Below, piece by piece: positions 26,522 through 41,689 of a DNA stretch of 64,000 nt. Origin of the DNA: Eledone cirrhosa (taxonomy: Eukaryota). The position numbers were made by a program, and so were the translations under genes. The notes beneath the pieces are model-generated. The model was given only the letters and a program-made list of their open reading frames with translations, was not told where the DNA came from and did not search any database. Position 1 is the stretch's first letter; every line of letters begins with the position of its first letter. Location of the stretch: the NCBI GenBank assembly GCA_964016885.1, contig OZ024741.1:160766001-160830000 (forward strand), in the 5' to 3' direction.

Positions 26522-27474
26522 TAAAACCCAGCCTAAGATATTGAAGGGTCATCTTCATTATCATTCCTTGTTTAAAGTGCCGCACATCATCCATTATTTT
26601 GAAAAAAACATTCTTTATTTTTTCTATTTTTTCATTTCTTATCAGATATGGTGCCGAGTGAGGCGCCATAGAAATATCCTAAATAAAGGAATTGGTTTCT
26701 TTCAGAAATGTTGGTGTTATTTTAAGGTTCCCAATGTTTCAAATGAATTAAATAAACCACTTTAATTTAACCCTTTCGTTATCATGTTTCTATAATGAAG
26801 ATCACTGTCTGTGGTTATCAATTAATTTTTTAAATGATCAAGAATTTTGAGGGGTTTAGTAAAACTCTTTTATTATTAATATAATGTTTGCAGTATTTAG
26901 TTATGACTTTCTGTGTTGTGTTTAAATCCTACCGAGGTCAATAAAATAAAGTTCTAGTCATATACTGGGGTCGATATCATCAAGTTCCTTCCCCTAAATT
27001 GCTGGTCTTGTGCCAAAATTAGAAATCATTTATCTAGTGTTTGGAACATAACTTAACAGAAGTTCTTACATAAAATTATGATAAAAGGTTTTTAGATAAA
27101 TCCAAATACTTTAAAATAAAACAACTTTAAACCAGGTGTGGTTTTATACAGTATGGTATTAATAAAAGAAGGTGATCAAATCAGATAAATTAACAAAAGC
27201 AAAATTTGCTGGAGGGTTATCAGATTATCATTATTCAGCAATAAAGGAAACTTAGCAACAATAAAATTATACAACATATATTCAAGATCTGTCCTTTGTT
27301 GTTCAATATTTAACATAAAGAACAATCTTCCATTTTTACCACTTCTGTTGGATGAAAGAAATTTTATGCACTTTAACACTTTACACATTAATATTACATA
27401 CGTTATCTAAACCCATGCTAGCGTGGAAGATAGACGTTAAACGATGATGATGATGATGATTATCTCTTTCTCCT

Positions 27475-28232
27475 GAGTCTGGGGTTGAGTTGTGGACACG
27501 GGTCTTTTGTCGTGTGTTGTAACGCCAGAGGACTCGGTCCTGTGTCATTCTCAATATATATTGTCGACAACTCAACCCCGGACTCGACTCGTAACGGTGC
27601 CTCCCAACCCCACACTGCAAACACAGTCGACAGCAGGCCCACCCAGAAACATGGCTCCCTTTATGAGTAAGGCTTGACACAGCCAACTGGCCCAAACTCT
27701 CTCATAAACTATGGTTCCACAGTTAGCAGGGTATAACGCGATCAACTGGCCTGCCCCTCATAATGGTGCCATCCAGTTCTACACTGTAAATGCAGTTGTA
27801 ACTCCCAAACTATGGTTCTGCTGTGAAGGGTTTGGCACAGCCAACTGGCCTGTCTCTCCTCATAGCGGTGCCACCCAGTTCCATACTGTAAATGAGGTTG
27901 AGGCTCCCAAACTACAATTCTGCTGTGAGAAGGGTTTGGCGTAGCCAACTGACCTGTACCTCTTCATAGCGGTGCCATCCAGTTCCGGGCTCCAAAACTA
28001 TGGTTCTGCTGTGAGATGGATTTGGCATAGCCAACTGGCCTGTCCCTCCTCATAACAGTGCCATACAGTTCCACTCTGTAAATGTGGTTGGTGTTAAGAA
28101 GGACATTCAGTCGTAAAAACCTTGGCCATACAGTCCCCTCGGAGCAAGGCACAGCGTGGCCAATTCTGGCCAGACAGACTTGTCTCTCGACATGGACAAC
28201 TCATTGTAGCATGGAAAATGGTCGTTAAATTG
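27475..28232 (+). mobile_element. RTE-related 3' end with an inverted 5' piece and a tandem-repeat 3' UTR
   Basis: 27475-27560 encodes the RTE C-terminus on the - strand (DRVLWRYNTRQKTR). From 27562 a + strand UTR has repeated gccaactggcc...ctcccaaactatggttctgctgtga units. Confidence 0.7.
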
Positions 28233-28242
28233 TGATTATATA

Positions 28243-29701
28243 GGCGTCCATCAGGGCGCTGTTCTCAGTCCACTACTATTTATTATTGCCCTTCAGGCTA
28301 TAACAGAGGAGTTCAAGACAGGCTGCCCATGGGAACTCCTATACGCAGACGACCTGACACTCATAGCGGAATCAATGGCCGAGCTAGAGAAGAAATTCCA
28401 AACATGGAAGCACGGCCTAGAGTCAAAAGGACTTAAAATTAACCTGGCTAAGACCAAAGTACTAGTTTGTAGGAAAGAAAACAAGGCGGCGGTCCCTTCT
28501 GGGAAATGGTCGTGCTCGGTGTGTAGGAAAGGCGTAGGTAGAAACTCCATTTTATGTCCTAAATGCAAAGTATGGGTGCATAAAAGATGTAGTGGGATCA
28601 CAGGTAAGCTAACTAAGAACATAGATTTTACATGTGGCCGGTGCTCTGGTGCAATAAGTAGCAGCAAGTGCCCACAAACTACTAGCTCTTTCAATTGCGC
28701 AGAGGGTTCTATAGAAATAGTGGACAGCTTCCGTTACCTGGGCGATAAAATCAGCAGTGGGGGAGGGTGCTCTGAAAGTACTGTAGCTAGAGTCAGAACT
28801 GGTTGGAAAAAGTTCAGAGAGCTTATACCACTATTAGCTGCTAAAGGGTTCTCACTAAAAATGAAAGGCAGGTTGTACGATGCCTGCATACGAACAGCAA
28901 TGCTGCATGGCAGTGAGACCTGGGCATTGTGTGCAGAGGATATACGCAGACTAGAGAGAAACGAAGCTTGCATGCTCCGCTGGATGTGTAACAGTAATAT
29001 ACGTGAACGGCAAAGCATAAACGAACTAAGGAAAAAATTAGAGATAAGAGGGATCAGATGTTGTTTACTCGAGAGAAGGCTACGTTGGTATGGACACGTA
29101 ATGCGCATGAAAGTCGATAGCTGTATAACAAAGTGCAGGGCAATAAAGATAGACGGTAGTCACGGAATAGGCAGACCTAGAAAAACCTGGGACGAGCTGA
29201 TAAACTCCGACATCACACACTTACACCTCTCCAAGACAATGTCACTGGACCGAGACCTTTGGCGGTACTCAGTAACAGAGAAGACCCGCCTTACCTAAAT
29301 ATATAGTAAAACCTACTCCAGCCAGTAGGCATCTCTAACAAAATACACCCCGTCCCACCACCACCACCCCCACCCGATCCACACCACCCCGTTCTATGTA
29401 AAGTTATGTTGGTGCCGCGCCATCGAGGCCGAAACAAATGAGATCGTGTAGGTGTCACGACAAAAAAACACACAGTCCACGCTGTAAATGTGGCCGTGTA
29501 GGCAACACGGTAAAAACCTCCCAGACCCACACTGTAAATGTGGTTGGTGTTAGGAAGGGCATCCAACTGTAGAAAACCTGCCAGACAGTCCTATGCGAGC
29601 AAGACAATCACTCTTGCCTCAAGTGGGACTACCCCCGTCCAAACCCATGCAAGCATGGAACACGGACGTTAAACGTTGATGATGATGATGATGATGATGA
29701 T
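28243..29701 (+). mobile_element. RTE LINE 3' fragment (same family as 14259-17087)
   Basis: ORF 28375..29298 is nearly identical in protein; same UTR and (GAT)n tail. Confidence 0.95.
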
Positions 29702-30593
29702 ATATAGAAAAACACATACATACATGTTTGTGTTGGTGTAAATAAGAATTTTGATTGCCTTAACCTATAAACAAAACTCGCAGATTGCCTTAATCCATAA
29801 ACCTGCACCCTATCACCTCCGCTAACCCCCCCCCCCCTCCCCCACCTGCAATCCCAATTTCATAAACCAACCATGGGCTGCAGCAGCCATCAAATAGGGA
29901 AGACAAACGTAATCAAGCTGAAGCTGTCATATTACATAGCTATATATAATTATTTCAAGTTTTACATTGATATAGTTGTATCCTGGCAACACAAGTCGAA
30001 TTATCTGCAGTAATCCCTATACATTCAATGATGCGAGAAATTAATTCCCTCCATCGGAGTAGCTTATTAAGATAGTCGAGGGAAACACCATGAATAATAT
30101 ATCAATTGGGTGTACGCCAGCTATAGTATATAACAACAAATACCTAAGTGATAAGATTTTTTTCTTACCTTGATCGTAACGGTTTCTGATGCAGCTTCTG
30201 TTGTGTAGTCAAGTGGCAAGTGTGCAAGCTGTAAGAGCATCTAACAATTATTAGGTAATTAGAACAGGTTGCATCATCACCAGCAGGCATTCATTCGATT
30301 TATATCTAACTTTGATCTGGTTACTAAGATACTGCCAAGCACTGTAGTAGTACAGTAGTATTGTATCACGTGGTTTTAAAAGAGAAGGCCATTATACATA
30401 TATTAGAAAGAGTTGAGGACTAGTGGTTAAGCTCTTGCCATTTCAACAGCTAATTACAGACTGTTAATAAAACAGACTTACAGTCGACTGCCCATTTCTT
30501 CAGGGGCATGGCGTGTCCATATAGGGGTATAAGTTATCCATCTGAGGATAAAGGTTCTTTACAGGATGTTAAGGAAAAGTTTTAGAATAAATT

Positions 30594-33500
30594 GATCACT
30601 TGATCACCTACAGATCAGGGGAATATACCAGCCAGGTAGATTATATCTTTACCAGAAGACGTGACAGAGTGTCTGTTGTAAACACTAAATCCCTCCCCAT
30701 GAAGAATGCACCTCCCAACATAGACTGATAATTAGCGACCTCATAGTCAGGAGGAGACGTACTCGACAACAGAAGGGGACTATCCTCAGGAGAAAAATAT
30801 GGAAGCTAAAGGACCCCACAGCCAGTAATAAATTTAGAAGCATGCTCCGTTGGATGTGCAGTGTAAATGTGCGTGAACGACCCAGCATAAATGTGTTGAG
30901 AGAGAAACTGTGTCTGAGAGGGATAGAATGTAGTGTACGGGAGAGGAGACTGAGGTGGTATGGACATGTGATGCGCATGGAGGATGACCGATGGGTGAAG
31001 AAGTGCCAGAAAATGCCAGTTGAAGGAAGACGTGGTAGAGGTAGACCACGAAAAACATGGGCGGAGGTGGTGAGAACAGACCTCAGATCATTGAAGCTCA
31101 CGGTGGAGATGACGAGGGACCGTGACGAGTGGAGAGATGCTGTGCTGAATAAGACCCGTCCCACCCTTGCAAGCAGGGAAGAGCGGACGTAAAATGATGA
31201 TGATGATGATGATGATGATGATTACTTGATGCTTTCGACAGTAAGGAAGAGCAATTAAAGTCGTACAATATAGAGGAACAGTGGGAATTCCGGAAAGCAA
31301 ACCTGCTGATGGCGGCAGACAAAGTCTGTGGCTGGAGCAGGCCTATAGGCAGGAGGAGAGTAACGTGGTGGTGGTGGAGGAGTCAAGGCCAAAAAGCAGG
31401 CTTGGAAAGTATGGGGGGAAGTAGAGAAGACTATCAAGTGGCTAGGAGACAAGTGTACTTCGCAAGAAGGGAAGCAGAGGAAAGAAAGTTCAAGCATGTT
31501 CTGCAACGCAAGGACCAAAAACGTGAGGTGTTCAGGATTGCTAGGCAATGTGTCAAGGAAAACTGATATTGTCGGGGAGAAGTGTCTCCTTAATGATGAT
31601 GGTGTACTTGCCATCACTGACGCTGATAAGAAGGTAGCTTGGAAGTGTCACTACAAAAGGCTACTAAATGAGGAGAATAAATGGAAGAAAGACAGTCTCC
31701 CCCACATCGATCCAATAGAGGGACCAGCAGTGTTAGTCGAAGGTAGTATAATAAGTAAGGCAATCAAAGATATGAAGACGGGTAAGGCGGCTGGACCTTC
31801 GGAAATAGTTGCTGAAATGCTGAAAGGTTCTGGAACGGTGGGACACACCATGGTCACCCGGATAGTAAACCAAGTCATACAGAATGGAGTTGTTCCAAAG
31901 GACTGGCGTAGCAGCATCATCATTAACTGCTACAAGGGTAAAGGATATGCCCTAGATAGGGGTAACTATAGAGGCATTAAATTAATCGACCAGGTCATGA
32001 AGGTCACAGAAAAAGTAATAGCGCAACTAATCAGAGAGCGAATTGATCTAGATGAAATGCAGTTCGGGTTTGTGTCAGGTAAAAGTACCACAGACGCTCT
32101 TTTCATTGTACGACAACTACAGGAGAAGTACCTAGCTAAAAGTAAACCCCTATACTTAGCATTTGTCGACTTGGAGAAAGCCTTTGACAGAGTCCCCCAT
32201 TCCATTATCTGGTGGACTCTTAGAAAACTAGGTGTTGATGAATGGCTTGTGAGAGCTATACAAGCCATGTATAAAGAAACAGTCAGCAAGGTTAGAATTA
32301 ACAACGAATATAGTGAAGAGTTTAGCATAAAAGTTGGTGTTCATCAGGGCTCTGTTCTTAGCCCCCTACTATTTATTATTGCCCTTCAGGCTATAACAGT
32401 GGAGTTCAAGACCGGCTGCCCATGGGAACTCCTATACGCAGATGATCTAACGCTCATAGCTGAATCAATGGCTGAACTAGAGAAGAAATTCCAAACATGG
32501 AAGCATGGCCTAGAATCAAAAGGCCTTAAAATTAACCTGTCTAAGACTAAAGTTCTAGTTTGTAGGAAGGAAAATAGGGCACCGGTTCCATCCGGGAAAT
32601 GGCCATGCTCAGTGTGTAGGAAAGGAGTAGGTAGGAACTCCATTTTATGTCCCAAATGCAAAGTATGGGTGCATAAAAGATGTAGTGGGATCACAGGTAA
32701 GCTAACTAAGAACATAGATTTTATATGTGGCCGGTGCTCTGGTGCAATAAGTAGCAGCAAGTGCTCACAGAATACTAGCTCATTCCATTGCACAGATGGT
32801 TCTATAGAAATAGTGGACACCTTCCGTTACTTGGGTGACAAAATCAGCAGTGGTGGAGGGTGCTCTGAAAGTACAGTAGCTAGAGTCAGAACTGGATGGA
32901 AAAAGTTCAGAGAGCTTATACCACTATTAGCCGCTAAAGGGTTCTCTCTAAAAATGAAAGGCAGGCTGTATGATGCCTGCATACGAACAGCAATGTTACA
33001 TGGCAGTGAGACCTGGGCATTGTGTGCAGAGGATATACACAGACTGGAGAGGAACGAAGCTTGCATGCTCCGCTGGATGTGTAATAGTAATATACGTGAA
33101 CGGCAAAGCATAAACGAACTAAGGGAAAAATTAGAAATAAGAGGGATCAGATGTTGTTTACTCGAGAGAAGACTACGTTGGTATGGTCACGTGATGCGCA
33201 TGAAAGACGACAGCTGTATAAAAAAGTGCAGAGCAATAAAAATAGACGGTAGCCACAGAGTAGGCAGACCCAGAAAAACCTGGTACGACTGGATAAATTC
33301 CGACCTCACACACTTACACCTCTCCAAGACAATGTCACTGGACCGAGATCTTTGGCGCTACGCAGTAATACAGAAGACTCGCCTTGCCTAAGTGCAAAGC
33401 GAAACCTACAGTCAGTAGGCACCTCTAACACAAATACACCCCACTACCCCCACCCCATCCACATCACCTCTTTCAATGTAAAGTTATGTTGGTACCACAA

Positions 33501-33771
33501 CATCCAGTCCGAAACAAATGAGGTCGTGTAGGGAGTCATGACAAAAAAACACACAGTCCACGCTGTAATGTGGCTGTGTAGGTAACACAGTAAAAACCTT
33601 CCAGTCCACACTGTAAACGTGGTTGGTGTTAGGAAGGGCATCCAGCCATAGAAAACCCACCAGACAGTCCTATGCGAGCAAGACAACCACTCTTGCCTCA
33701 AGTGGGAAAACTCCCGTCCAAACCCATGCAAGCGTGGAAGATGGACGTTAAACAATGATGATGATGATGAT
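30594..33771 (+). mobile_element. RTE LINE (from the APE C-terminus to the tail) with frameshifts and a nested insertion
   Basis: HLITYRSG...QVDY...SQHRLIISDL at 30596-30745, RT ORF 31496..33391 and a (GAT)n tail. Confidence 0.95.
30843..31221 (+). mobile_element. Nested 3' fragment of a second RTE subfamily with a very short 3' UTR
   Basis: MLRWMC...LRWYGHV...GRPRKTW plus a (GAT)n tail. It splits host sequence agcat|attact, which is contiguous at ~14368. Confidence 0.9.
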
Positions 33772-34233
33772 TATATTTTTTATATATAATTTCTGAGAGT
33801 GGTTATGTGTGGTTGCACAAATGTGTGTCTGTGTTACATTACTTATGTGGGAATGAGTAAGGAAAACTGGTGTTGTAGCTGTGCTGGAAAAATTGGGCCA
33901 AGTTGAAGAATTGTCATGGGGAGATAGAATGTATTTATCATCTTGAATTATTGGGGTGTGTGTGCATGACATTCACCATTTCTGTGGTTAGAGTGGTCAG
34001 AAAACTTAGCCGGCTTAATTGCAAGCACACAGCCAGCAATTGGTGCCATCCAAAAATTGACCTGTTAATGCAAGTACAAATTTATATGTCTGTCAACAAA
34101 AGAACCTATTTTTTAGTTTTCTCAAAACATCACAGATCAGCTGGTCGGTGTTATGATTGTTGTTGTTTTTCGAGTGTGTTTTTTTAGTTAGAAGTATTGT
34201 TGTTCTATTTGTTGCTGGTTGTTGTGCTAACCC

Positions 34234-34462
34234 TTAACCCTTTACCATTTACATTACTCTATATTTACTATTGTATTTTCATGGTAAAGGCTTTACCACA
34301 CATAATTATCTCACATAATATTGAATCAATGAGATTTTGATATTATTTATTTTGAGAACAATACCTTAACATAAGTATGGGTGGCCAGCTACAACTGGTT
34401 TGAACAGAAAGAGGTGAGAGAATTCTGGCCGGATATGGCCAGTTTAAATGCTAACGGGTTAA
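34234..34462 (+). mobile_element. piggyBac-type MITE (~225 bp). Other copies at 35208-35413 (inverted) and 42544-42772.
   Basis: TTAA-CCC...GGG-TTAA ends. The 14-bp TIR ccctttagcattta/taaatgctaaaggg is perfect in the 42.5 kb copy. Confidence 0.85.
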
Positions 34463-37239
34463 TTTACCTTAATTAACAGGCGTATGTATACATTTTTATA
34501 TTCTGATATTTTAATTTAGGGGAATTCTAGTATTATGGAGTTAAAATGTGTGTGTGTGTGATGTGGGTGCTTCTGTGTGTGTGGCACTTAATATGCTTGT
34601 ATGTATGTGGGTTTGTGCCAGTGTGGTTTATGGGAGAGAGGTAGTGTGATATTTTTTATATCTATTGTGAATTATGATTTTTTTCAACATGCTGATGTGC
34701 ATGTGTATATGTGTGTATGTGCATATGTATACATTTATATGTATGAGTATATAAATATAAACGTGCAAACACAGACATCCAAAAATACACACTCGGACAT
34801 ACATTCACACAAACACACATTCATACAAACACATACACAGCATAACAAATGGAACACCAACCGCTCTTTTGCTATAGTTTTTTCACCACCCGCTTCCTTC
34901 CTTTTACACACACATACATTCACACAGGCAGCAGACGTAAAGAGAGAGGAGTAGTATGAGGTAGTCAAACTACTACTCTCTCTTTACGTGTTGTGACAGA
35001 ATCACAGAAATTTATATTTAGAGATGATGCTGATGATTGTTTGTTATGCAATATAGTGGGCCTAAGGTTGTCGTGGTTTACTCAGTAGGGAGGGGAGCAA
35101 ACGATTAGCTATTGTTATTTTTGTAATGGAGTGCCTGGGTGAGTATTGTTATTTGCTATTGGATTGGTGCTGTGGCACCAACCTATTTGGAAGTTATCCT
35201 GAATAGCTTAACCCTCCAGCATTTAAACTGGTCAGAATTCAATCACCACTTTCTGTTCAAACCAGCTGTAACCAGCTGCTCATACTGATGTTAAGGTATT
35301 GTTTTCAAGAAAAATAATATCAAAATCTCATAGATTCGATATTATGTGAGGTGAAGCCTTTACCATGAAAATATAATAGTAAATATAGAGAAATGTAAAT
35401 ATTAAAGGGTTAAGTGTGGGAAGTACAGCTTGGGTTGGTGTATATGAGGCTGCTTGTAGGCAGGCAAAAGGTACATGTTTTTCTATGGTGTCATATGATG
35501 GTGTGTGTGTGTGTGTATGTATACATGGCCCTGTCTGCGCTGGTGCTTATTTAAGCACTTGTGCTGTGTGTCCATCTGGGTGTGGTATTGTGGAGTCTAT
35601 TGGTGAGTTTTAGGTAGTGTCATTTGATACCAACCCACCTGAAACTGCCTCTGGTTTCACAATGCAAGCTGTTTGTTTTAAAGTGTACTTATTTAGAAAC
35701 TTTCCATCATAATTTTATGTAAGATCTTTTAAGTTAAGTTTGAAACACTAGATAAATAATGAAAAAGTTAGTTATATTACTAAATCCCTCGAAATTCTTG
35801 ATTTCCTAAAAAATTAAAAAATAATTGAAAATCATGACAGCATTTTTCATTAGAAATATGGTAAAAGAGTTAAAACTTAGGGAAAAAAGAAAAATTCTTT
35901 TTCAAACATTTTAATTTACTTTGGTTATATAAACTTACTTAACTCTTTTGACACTAAACCCTGGTTCTATGACACAAAACTGTTTTAAGGTGTTTATATT
36001 TATTTTAAAATCTTCCATTATAATTTTATGTAAGAACCTTTAAGTTATGTTCCAAAGACCAGCCTAATAATGAAAATGTTGTATTATTAAATCCCTTAAA
36101 ATTCTTTAATATTTTCAAATATTTTTGCAAATCAATGTGTATATATATAAAACAAAAGTCACTAAATTTAGGGAGACGATGTGAAACTTGTATTCCCAAC
36201 AATGGATGGTTTGGCATTAGTTAAACTATGTTATACATATATATATATATATATATATTAAATTAAAATACATGAACACAATCAAAATGTTTTTTCCCTC
36301 ACCCATAGAAAAAAAGAAACAAAAAATTCTCTATTTTATTTCTTGCCCACATAACATATCTATTTACTATGTGCACACACTTGAACATATCTAAGGATGT
36401 AAGACATACTTGAAACTACTTGGAATTGAGAATATTGTCAATATAGGACCAGTTATTTCAAGCTGGTTCCTTACAACTGTCAACCTGAAAATAACACTTG
36501 GTTTTCTTGATTAAGTTAAATAAACATACAACTAAGAAGATGTAAAAAAATATATTATTAAGCATAAGATTGACAAGTTTTGACTATGGTTCATCATAAT
36601 GGCTGAAAAAAAAGATTTTTTTTTTCAATTCCAGAATCAGCAAGTTTAGTCTCTTTCTATGTTCATTTTTCAGTGTTATTTGTAATTGAGTAATTTTATC
36701 TAGTAGACTATAGCTTTCCAAATTTTTCAACTGTTCATGTCCAATGCTCTAACAATTCTGCCATTCCACTGTCCCTACACCAGTAATTTATTGACCCCAA
36801 AAGATAAATGGCTAAGTTGACCTTGATTGGATTTGACCCCATGGTGCAGAGAACTGGAACAAATACCACAAAGATTTCAATCTGATGTTCTAATGACTCT
36901 GCTAATTTGTTACATTTAGACTATTTGACTGACCACACATTCTATTCCTACATCCCAACTAGGTGCCTTGTGTTACCAGGAACATCCTGCAGTGAGAGCA
37001 ATTTCTCTATTAAAATTTCCAAATGTTGATTCGAGCATTTAATAAATGGGCTCTGTTATTATTTTACTAGTTTTAGACATTAAACTGTGGCCATGCTGTG
37101 GTATCCCAATGATTTAATCAATCATATTGACCCCATTCAGGCTTCTGTAGTTTCTGTCTACTAAATTCCACTCACAAGGCATTTATCAACCCAAGGCTAC
37201 AGAAAAAGAGACTTTAAACCAATTATCTACAATGTTTTT

Positions 37240-38330
37240 TCTGGATGTGATAATCCCAATTTTCAAAAAGGGAGGCAAGAGAGATTGTTCCAATTATAAA
37301 GGAATCTCCTTGTTAAGCATCCTCAATACAGTCTATCCTCAATGTCTGGCAAAGAGATGTAGGGATATTGTTGAGTCCAAGCTAACTAACAGTGTGGTTT
37401 TCTCCCCAGATGCAGCAAACCAAATATTCACTCTACGGCAGGTCTTTGAAAAACCGTGGGAGTATTGCCAAGAGGTGTATACTTGTTTCAATAGACCTCA
37501 AAAAGGTACATGACAGCATTCCACAGGACCTGTTGTGGAAAGTTCTGCAGGAGTATGGGATCACTGGGCAACTTCTTGTTGCCTTGATGTCTCTATATTT
37601 ATGTTTCGATAATTGGTGTTAAGTCGAAACCATTCAATGAAAATCAGTACTGCAAAGAGTGAGAGACTCATAAGGAAGCCTGGACAGTGCACTCTACATG
37701 TTAGTGGAGTTCCACTGAAGCAGGTGGAGAACTACAAGAATCTCAGGGCCATGTTCATGAATGAGGGAATGCAGAAGGTTGAATTATGTGCAAGAATTGC
37801 AGGAGCTGGTGCAATAATGCACCAGCTTCAGCATTCAGTCATCAGAAGAATGAAGGTTGGTGTAAAAGCCAAACTTGCTATCTTCAATTTATGATTCATG
37901 CCAACCCTTACCTATGGTCATATATCTGGGGTAATGACCGAAAGAATACGATCACAAATGCAAGCAGCCAAAATGGGTTCCTCCAAAGGGTCTTTGGAGT
38001 AATGTTATTCAATAGAGTACGTAGTTCAGAGATCAGAAAGTCACTCCAAGTAGAGCTATTACTTCTCTATTACTCCGATATTAGAGATATGTGTTTAAAA
38101 TGTCTTGGGAAAGAAATGCTGGACAGATTTTAAGGGCAAAGCCAACTGGCAGGAGACCCAGAGGTAAACTCTAAGCATCATGGTTGGATAACATCTATGA
38201 ACTTAGTTGATCTCGCTTGGGGATCCAGTCGGATCAATTGGAGATGTTGCTTCTGACAAGACCCATTGGAAGGCATGCTTGAGGACGCTGCTCCCACAAC
38301 TGTCCAAGGAATAAGTGAGTGAAGAAGAAG
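37240..38330 (+). mobile_element. Old degenerate RTE-like LINE of another family (no PHD insert)
   Basis: IIPIFKKG..CSNYKGISLLS, QIFTLRQ and IDLKKVHD fragments; (GAA)n tail. Confidence 0.85.
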
Positions 38331-40189
38331 TGCTCTAGAATGTCAGTGTGAGTAACAGTAGCACCAACCCAGATGTGAGAGCAGTACTGTATTGCAGATC
38401 CCACCTCAGCTTTTTAGAGGGTAATTAGTGGTTGAAGTATTTTCTGGCCCTGAAGAAAAGAGTCGCTCATTGGATGTAGTCCTAGTCACATCAAACAAAA
38501 TTGATGATAATGATGATGATGATGATGATGATGGGGCAGGTGGTGGTGGTGGTGGTGGTGGTGGTAATGATGATGAGGAGGAGGGGGAAGGGGGTGTTAA
38601 AATGAGGTTAAAGTGAGGATTACATAACAGTAGCATGGTTTAAATCCACAAGCTGTAGTATTATAATTTAACACCTTACTACTTAATGCTTTGATACTAA
38701 ACCACTTCAATCTGCCCCTGGTTCTGTGATAGAAAACTTTATATTTATGTAAAATCTTCAGTCATACTTTTATATAAGAATCTTTGTTATATCCTAAACA
38801 GCAGCTTAATAATGATGAGGAAGTTAGTTATATTATTTTGCCATATTTCTAATGAAACACACTGCCTAAGATTCTCACATTTATAATCAAGAATTTGAAG
38901 GGATTTAGTAATATATCTAACTTTTTCGTTATTCAGGTAGTGTTTGGGACATAACTTTACAAAGGTTTATAAAATTATGATGTAAAGTTTTTTGATAAAT
39001 ATAAGCAGCTTTGTATTATAGAACTAAAGGGGATTTCAGGAAGATTGGTATCAGAAAGGATAATTCATAATTGTTTCTTCTTTTGGCACAAGGCCAGCAA
39101 TTATCCCAGTGCATTACTGATGCTTTGTTTTATCGACCCTGTAAGGATGAAAGGCAAAGTTAACCTTGGTAGGGTTTGATCTCAGACTGTAAAGAGCCGT
39201 AACTCTATATTGCAAAGCATGGCGTCCGACTCTCTACCGGTACTGTCAATCCACTGCCCTAAAGATTAATACATAATAAAAATAAAACATACTTTGATAT
39301 CCCACTTTATTATTTTATCTGTCTTCCATAGTTAAAGATTTCAAGAGAAAAAATAAAACAGCTATTTTTTTATCTTTTTTAAAATTCAAATATATATAAC
39401 AAATAAAGACAGAAACCATAGCGAAACCACCTGCTACAGATTTATTGGCACAGGTGAGTCAGGACATAGAGGACACCTGATCACATTAGCAATCTTTGTT
39501 CCAATTTAATTCTGTGAAATTTATTGACATTCAGGGTAAGTGTATTGGCCTCTTCAGCAAGTACTCAACAGACTGGCTTTTAGAATAATAATAAACTGTT
39601 TAACTGTGTGTTCACTTGTCACATTTTAAAATTTGCTATCCATCACAAAACACCTGAAGACAGAAGCAAGTGAGTTGAAATCCCACAGCTAATTTGTTTG
39701 TGTTATATATGTTTCTTTTTTAGACCAAGTTCTCATTTCTTTATTGATTGCTTTATAATCTTCCTTTGTATATTAGACATAATATTTCAAAATATTTTAA
39801 AATTATATGGAATTTAGCAATTATATGCTGTTATATTTTTAAGGTCTTGTGATTAATATAACCTCTGTCATGGAACCTGCATGGCTAGCTCCTAACTTTA
39901 GCAGAGAAAATGGCCTATGACTGGTTATTCTATATTCTTTTATTCTTTAACTGATTCCAATTATTAGGCTGTAACCATGCTTGGACACTGTTTTTAATGG
40001 ATTTGGTCAACAATATTGACCCCAGAACTTTCTTTTTTCAAGTTTGATACTTATTCTATTAGTCTCCTTTTGATGAATTGTTAAGTTACAAGGCATAACA
40101 CAGACACAGAGACAAAGAGAATGTAGACATTGACACACACACAAACAGACATACATGCATCATACATCAACAGACATCCTACTCGTGAA

Positions 40190-40600
40190 ATTAATGCAGC
40201 ATTCCCTCATCACCATCTCTTCTCTGAGGTCTAGCTCTAACCACTTCTGCCCTAGTCTTTCTCAGTCTTCCTCTATTGCAGCTTTCTTCCACTCTTGGCA
40301 CTTTTCCCAGCGTTCCTCATCCATATGCATCTCAAGTCTAAAACAACACAGCAGCCTTCTCTTTTGAACACTACATCTGATTCCAATTATTCCTGGCTTT
40401 TATTTCAATTCATTCAAGTTCCATTGTTCATGTGCACTAGCATTGCAAATCCAACAGAGCATGCTTGCTTCATTTCTCTCCAGTCTCCATATATCCTCTG
40501 CATTTACTACCCGTGACTCATTGCCATGCAACATCACACTTCTAACACAAGAATCATACAATCTACCCTTTGCTCATAGAGAAAGTCCCTTTGTTGTTAA
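40190..40600 (-). mobile_element. Degenerate RTE 3' fragment
   Basis: Minus-strand KGRLYDSCV..MLHGNES and RNEASML remnants. Confidence 0.75.
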
Positions 40601-41689
40601 TTTATTATTTATTTTTAAAAGACAGGTACACTCAAAATATATGATATAAAGAAAAAATGATAATAATAAATTGAATGCCATTATTCCTGTATGATCTGAG
40701 TTCAAATCCCGCCGAGGTTAACTTTGCCTTTCATCCTTACGGGGTTGATAAAATAAAGTACCAGTAATGCACTGGGTAATTGCTGGCCTTGTGCCAAAAG
40801 TAGAAACAATTATTAACAAACCTTCATATACAACACAATTATTTTCAAAAGCAATATATTCTTATCAGCTATTATTAATTCATCAATTAAATTATTAATA
40901 TTCATATCTTTCTGCTGTGTTTTGATGTGATACAGGATGTTAAGAGTTAAGTGATTGAAAGTACAAGGCTTCCCTCTAGACAGAACACCAGTCCATCACA
41001 AAGTTAACCCCTAACTACTGCTTGTATTCATTATTTTTCAATATATATATATATATATACATGTATATATATATATATATCAGTTCCCGCATGAGCAAGA
41101 CAAGGTCACCCGACCTGGCACTGCTCACAACAGGACAACCTGTCCATCCCATGCTAGCGTGGAAGAATGGATGTAAAATGGTGATGATATATATATATTG
41201 TTATACTTTGGGAGCATCATGTTGCCAATAAGAAACACACGCACCAGTTGCTTACACTTCAATGTATTATTATAATAAATTTATTATAAATTTATTATAA
41301 TAATAAATTGAAGTGAAAGCAACTGGTGCATGTGTTTCTTATTGGCAACATGACCCTCCCAAAGTATAACAATATCGGTTTCAACACACGATTTCAGATA
41401 AAGAATCTTGCTAAACAAATTCAGAAACGAGATATATATATATATATATATAAAGTTGATCTTTTCTTCTTTTCGGGTTATAGCTACTGTTGTTCAGAGA
41501 GTGGGATTGGCTCAGTGCACAGTCTTTCCTCACTTTAAAAAAATCTTCACACACAGACATTGCATGATAGAATTAGTTAATAATTATTAATAATGATGTA
41601 TCGTGCAATGGCCATACTCGATAACGAGGGGGCAGCCATCATATACAAAAAATAAATACAAACACAGACATGAATGCACACACATATAT

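Noticed and set aside
38500-38600. Asp/Gly-rich or Pro/Ser-rich short ORFs
   Set aside because: These are (GAT)n(GGT)n trinucleotide microsatellites with no exon context.
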